Part shown: piece by piece, positions 58,015 to 64,000 of the stretch
Layout of the letters: each line of letters begins with the position of its first letter
How positions within the stretch are numbered: the stretch's first letter is position 1
NCBI RefSeq assembly: GCF_009914755.1
Contig: NC_060947.1
Reading direction: 5' to 3' (one strand)
DNA from: the human T2T-CHM13v2.0 reference genome, Homo sapiens
Length of the DNA stretch: 64,000 nucleotides
The notes under the pieces: model-generated
Seen by the model: only the letters and a program-made list of their open reading frames with translations
The model's database searches: none
Told to the model about the DNA's origin: nothing
Program-made: the position numbers and the translations under genes

Positions 58015-61000
58015 CTCGAACCTACAATTGATTGGAGTGCCAGAAGGAGATGGGGAGAATGGAAACAAGCTGGAAAACACCCTTAGGGATATTATCCAGG
58101 AGAACTTCCCCAACCTAGTAAGACAGACCAACATGTAAATTCAGGAAATACAGAGAACACCCTTAAGATACTCCATGAGAAGATCAAACCCAGGACACAT
58201 AATCATCAGATTCTCCAAGGTCAAAATGAAGGAAAAAATGTTAAGGGGAGCCACAGAGAAGGGCCAGGTCACCTACAAAGGGAAGCCCATCAGACTAACA
58301 GTGAACTTCTCAGCAGAAACTCTACAAGCCAGAAGAGATTGGAGGCCAATATTCAACATTCTTAAAGAAAAGAATTTTCAACCCAGAATTTCATATCCAG
58401 CCAAAGTAAGTTTCCTAAGTGAAGGAGAAATAAAATCCTTTCCAGACAAGCAAATTCTGAGAAATTTTGCTACCACCAGGCTTTCCCTGCTAGAACTCCT
58501 GAAACAAGCACTGACTATGGAAAGGAGAAACTGGTACCAGACACTACAAAAACACACCAAATTATAAAGATTAATGACACTACATAAAAACTGCATCAAC
58601 TAGTGCACAAAATAACCAAATGACATCATGAAGACAGGATCAAATTTACATATAACAGTACTAACCTTAAATGTCTCAGGTAAAAGACACAGACTGGCAA
58701 ATTGGATAAGGAGTCAAGACCCAGTGGTGTGCTGTATTCAGGAGACCCATCTTACATGCAAAGACACACACACAGGCTCAAAATAAAAGGAGGAAAATTT
58801 ACCAAGCAAATGCAAAGGAAAAAAAAGCAGGGATTGCAATCCTAGTCTCTGACAAAACAGACTTTAAACCAACAAAGATCAAAGAAGACAAAGTAGGGCA
58901 TTACATAATGGTAAGGGAACAATTCAACAAGAAGAATGAACTATTCTGAATATATATGCACCCAATACAGGAGCACCCAGATTCAGAAAACAAGTTCTTA
59001 GAGACCTACAAAAAGACATAGACTCCCACACAATAATAGTAAGAGATTTTTACACTCCACTGTCAGTATTAGACCAATCAGTGAGACAGAAAATTAACAA
59101 GGATATTCAGGACCTGAACTCAGCTCTGGATCAAGCGGACCTAGTAGACATCTACAGAACTCTTTACTCCAAACCAACAGCATATACATTCTTCTCAGTG
59201 TCACATGGCACTTATTCTAAAATTGGCCACATAAATGAAAGTAAAACACTTCTCAGCAAATGCAAAAGAACTGAAATCATAACAGTTTCTCAGACCACAG
59301 TGCAATCAAATTAGAACTCAGGTTAAGAAACTCACTCAAAACCACACAATTTCATGGAAATTGAACAACCTGCTCCTGAATAACTCCTGGGTAAATAATG
59401 AAATTAAGGCAGAAACCAAGTAGTTTTTTGAAACCAATGAGAACAAAGAGACAACATACCAAAATCTCTGGTATACAGCTAAAGCAGTGTTAAGACAGAA
59501 ATTTATAGCACTAAATGTCCACATCAGTAAGTTAGAAATATCTCAAATCAACTCCCTAACATCACAATTAAAAGAGCTAGAGAAGCAAGAGCAAACAAAT
59601 CCAAAAGCTAGCAGAAGACAAGAAATAACCAACATCAGAGAAGAACTGAATGAGATATAGACATGAAAAACTCTCCAAAAAACTTGAATCCAGGAGCTGT
59701 TTTTTGAAAAGATTTACAAAATAGATAGACCGCTAGTCAGACTAATTAAAAATAACGAAATTAAAAAGAGAGAAGAACCAAATAGACACAATAAAAAAAT
59801 GATACAGGGGATATCACCATTGACCCCACAGAAATACAAACTAACATCAGAGAATACTATAAACACCTCTACACAAATAAACTAGAAAATCTAGAAAAAA
59901 TGGAAAAATTCCTGGATGCATTCACCCTACCAGGACTAAACTGGAAAGAAATTGAATCCCTGAATATACCAATAACAAGTTCTGAAATTGAGGCAGTAAT
60001 TAATAGCCTACCAACCCAAAAAAGACCAGAACCAGATGGATTCACACCCAAATTCTAGCAGAGGTACAAAAGGAGCTGGTATCATTCCTTCTAAAGCTAT
60101 TCCAAACAACTTAAAAAGAGGGACTCCTTCCTAACTCATTTTATGAAGGCAGCATCATCCTGATAACAAAACATGTCAGAGACACAACAACAAAAAAAAG
60201 AAAACTTCAGGCCAATATCCCCAATGAAGATCGACGCAAAAATCCTCAATAAAATACTGGGAAACCGAATTAAGTAGCTCATCAAAAAAATTGATCCATC
60301 ACGATCAAGTTGTCTTCATCCCTGGGATGGAAGGCTTGTTCAACATATGCAAATCAATAAATGTAATCCATCACATGAACAGAAACATAGACAAAAACCA
60401 CATGATTGTCTCAATAGATGCAGAAAAGGCCTTTGATAAAATGCAACATCCCTTCATGTCAAAAACTCTCAACAAACTAGGTATTGATGGAACATATCTC
60501 AAAATAATAAGAGCTATTTATGAAAAACTCACAGCCAATATACTGAATGGGCAAAAGCTGGAAGCATTCCCTTTGAAAACCGGTACAAGACAAGTATGTC
60601 CTCTCTCACCACTTCTATTCAACATAGTATTGGAAGTTCTGGCCAGGGCAATCAGACAAGAGAAAAAAATAAAAGGCCTTCAAATAGGAAGAGGGGAAGT
60701 CAAACAGTCTCTGTTTGCAGATGACATAATTTTATATTTAGAAAACCCCATCATCTCGGCCCAAAAACTTTTCTTTTTTTTTTTTTTTTTTTTTTTTTTG
60801 AGACAGACTCCTTCTGTCACCCAGGCTGCAGTGCAGTGGTGTGATCTCAGCTAACTGAGATCACATGGAGGCTAACTGCAGCCTCCATCTCCCAGGTTCA
60901 AGTGATTCCCTTGCCTCAGCCTCCTGAGTGGCTGGGACTACAGATGTGCACAACCACACCTGGCTAATTTTTTTGTATTTCTTTTAGTGGAGACGGAGTT

Positions 61001-62915
61001 TCACCATGTTGGTCAGGCTAGTTTTGAACTCCTGACCTCAGGTGATCTGCCTACCTTTGCCTTTCAAAGTGCTGCAGTTTCAGGCATGAACCAACATGCC
61101 CAGCCCCTAAAACTTTTTGAACTGATAAGCAACTCCAGCAAAGTCTCAGGATACAAAATCAATGTGCAAAAATCACAAGCATTCCTATACACCAACAATA
61201 GGCAAGCAGAGAATGAACTCCATGAATGAACTCCCATTCACAATTGCTACAAATAGAATAAAATACCTAGAAATACAGCTCACAAGGAATGGGAATGACC
61301 TTTTGAAGGAGAACTACAAACCACTGTTCAAGGACATAAGAGAGGACACAAAAAATGGAAAAACATTCCATCTTCCTGGATAGCAAGAATCAATATCATG
61401 AAAATGGACGTACTGCCCAAAGTAATTTATGGATTCAATGCTATTTCCATCAAACTACTATTGACACTCTTCACAGAATTAGAAAAAAACTATTTTAAGT
61501 TTCATATAGAATCGAAGAAGACCCTGTATAGCCAAGACAATCCTAAGCAAAAAGAACAAAGCTGGAAGCATCATGCTACCTGACTCCAGAATATACTACA
61601 AGACTACAGTTAAAAAAAAAAACAAACTCCAGCATGGTACTGGTAACAAAACAGACATGTAGACCAGTGGAGCAGAACAGAGACCTCAGAAATCACACCA
61701 CAAATCTACAGCCATATGATCTTTGACAAATCTGACAAAAACAAGCAATGGGAAAAGGATCTCCTATCCCATAAATGGTGCTGGGAAAACATTCTAGCCA
61801 TATGCAGAAAACTAAAACTGGACCTCTTCCTCACACCTTATACAAAACTTAACTCAAGATGGATTAAAGACTTAAAAGTAAAACCCAAAACCGTAAAAAC
61901 CCTAGAAGAAAACCTAGGCACTACCATTCAGGACATAGGCATGGGCAAAGTCTTCATGACTAAAACACCAAAAACAATGGCATCAAAAGCCAAAATTGAC
62001 AAATGGGATCTACTTAAACTAAAGAGCTTCTGCACAGCAAAAGAAAGTATTATCAGAGTGAACAGGCAACCTGCAGAATGGAAGAAAATGTTTGCAATCT
62101 ATCCATCTGACAAAGGTCTAATATCCAGAATCTACAAGGAACTTCAACAAATTTCCAAGAAAAAACAAACAAACAAAGCTCAACATCACTGATCATCAGA
62201 GAAATGAAAATCAAAACAACAATGAGATACCACCTCATGCCCGTGAGAATGGCAACTATTAAAAAGTCAGGAAACAATAGATGCTGGGGAGGCTGCAGAG
62301 AAAGAAGAATGCTTTTACACTGTTGGTGGGAATGTAAATTAGTTCAACCATTGTGGAAGACAGTGTGGCGATTCCTCAAGGATCTGGAACCAGAAATACC
62401 ATTTGACCCAGCAATCCCATTACTGGGTATATACTCAAGAGAATATAAATCATTCTACTATGAAGACACATGCACACGTATGTTTATTGCAGCACTATTT
62501 ACAATAGAAAAGACATGAAACCAACCGAAATGCTTATCAATAATAGAATGAAGAAAATGTAGTACACATATACCATGGACCACTATGCAGCCATAAAAAA
62601 AATTGGATCATGTCCTTTGCAGGGACATGGATGAAGCTGAAAGCCATCATCTTCAGCAAACTAACACAGGAACAGAAAACCAAACACCCCATGTTCTCAC
62701 TCATAAGTGGGAGTTGAACATTGAGAACACATGGGCACAGGGAGGGTAATAACACACCAGGGACAGTTGGGGGTGAGGGGTGAGGGGAGGGAATTTAGAG
62801 GATGGGTCAATAGGTGCAGCAAACCACCATGGCACATGTATACCTATGAAACAAACCTGCACATTCTGCATATATATCTCATTTTTTTTAAGAATAAAAA
62901 AAGAGAGAGAAAAAA
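58015..62915 (+). mobile_element. 5'-truncated L1PA8A-like LINE-1 (mid-ORF1 to 3' end)
   Basis: ORF 58175..58567 is the ORF1p C-terminal half; ORF2 fragments follow; 3'UTR ttagaggatgggtcaataggtgcagcaaacc with T-run before the A tail. Confidence 0.9.
60773..61105 (-). mobile_element. AluS inserted in L1 ORF2
   Basis: T-tail 60774-60799; ctcctgacctcaggtgatctgcc; TSD cc[a/t]aaaactttt at 60761-60772 and 61106-61117. Confidence 0.9.
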
Positions 62916-63062
62916 AAGAAAAACTACCTATTCGGTACTATGCTCACTCCCTGGATTACAGGACCCATGCTTCAATCTTTAGCATCACACAATATACCCA
63001 TGTTACTAATCATCACATATACCCTCATATGTAAAAGAAAAGTTGAAATTATATTTTTTAAA
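62916..63062 (+). mobile_element. L1PB-like 3' terminus
   Basis: aactacctattcggtactatgctcact...agcatcacacaatatacccatg...aaaagttgaaatt. Confidence 0.7.
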
Positions 63063-63064
63063 AT

Positions 63065-63888
63065 GTTTTACATCAAGGAAGAGCCCAGGACCTGACAGTT
63101 TCACTGTTGAATTCCAGCAAATATTTTAAAAGGTACTAATACAAATTTTCCACAAACTTTTACAAAAAATTGAAGAAGATTGATTCCTTCCTAACCCATG
63201 TTACAAGTCCGGCATTACCCTGATTCCACAACCATTCAAGGAAACAACAAAAATAAATATTCCAGGCCAGTATTTCTGATGAAAATAGTTGCAAAAATTA
63301 TCATCAAGATATTAGCAAATGGTATCAATAGTTCAAATGATAATTTACTATGATCAGTTCAAATTTTTCCCAGAGATATAAGGATAGTTTATGACATGCA
63401 AATAAATAAATGTGATACAACACATTAACAGACAAACAAAAATTATATGATTATTTCAGTAGACACAAAAATGCATTTTACAAAATCATCATCCCTTCAT
63501 GATAAGAACTCAAAAAATTTCATGTAGAAGGATTGTACATAAACACAATAAAGGCCATAGATGACAAACTCACAGTGAACTTAATACTGAATGGGGAGCA
63601 ACTGAAAATATTTTCTCTAGAAATTAGCAACAAAACAAGAATGCCCATTTTCGCTATTTCTATTCAAGACAGCACTGGAAGCATTAGCCAGAGCACTTAG
63701 GCATGAGAGAGAAATAACAGGCATTCAAATTGAAAAGGAGGAAGTCAAACCATCCCTGTTCACAGAGGACATAATCTTATATGTAAAAAATACTAAAGAT
63801 TCCACCAAAAAATAGACATTAGAACTAATAAACAAACCCAGTAAAGTTACAGGATGCAAACTTAGCATACAAAACTTAGAAGCATTTC
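63065..63888 (+). mobile_element. Old L1 ORF2 (RT region) fragment
   Basis: gagcccaggacctgacagtttcactgttgaattc ... gaagtcaaaccatccctgttcacagaggacat. Confidence 0.8.
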
Positions 63889-64000
63889 TTTCTTGTTTTT
63901 TCTTCAACTTTTAAGTTCAGGGGTACATGTGCAGAATATGAAGGTTTCTTACATAGGTAAATGTATGCCATTATGGACTGCTGCATAGATGATCCCATCC
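63889..64000 (-). mobile_element. L1PA (older subfamily) 3' end running off the window
   Basis: ttcaacttttaagttcaggggtacatgtgcag...acataggtaaatg. Confidence 0.8.

Overview
Human (or very close primate) X-chromosome DNA containing the complete three-exon ParaHox homeobox gene CDX4 (+ strand, CDS join 22637..23138, 28899..29044, 29761..29967; 284 aa) with a CpG-island promoter. The gene sits in a ~16 kb island of mostly unique or MIR/L2 sequence. The flanks (about 1-17400 and 33500-64000) are almost entirely nested transposable elements: L1s of many ages, a complete THE1 MaLR, MLT1 solo LTRs, a near-full-length Tigger1 and several Alus. Almost all ORFs in the supplied track are L1 fragments or chance ORFs. 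I do not see a new gene system. Structure that a repeat annotation would not show: (1) two independent L1 3' transductions defined by exact target-site duplications, a full-length L1PA4-like element carrying ~1 kb of foreign flank and a twin-primed L1 carrying ~780 bp of non-repeat-looking DNA; (2) a MORF4L1 retrocopy split over ~13.6 kb by Tigger1 and L1 insertions; (3) a dense TCF/CDX/T-box/ETS motif cluster in CDX4 intron 1; (4) two strong-Kozak two-codon uORFs in frame with CDX4; (5) several fold-back (templated-insertion) scars. Repeat subfamily names come from my recollection of consensus sequences and need confirming with RepeatMasker/Dfam.
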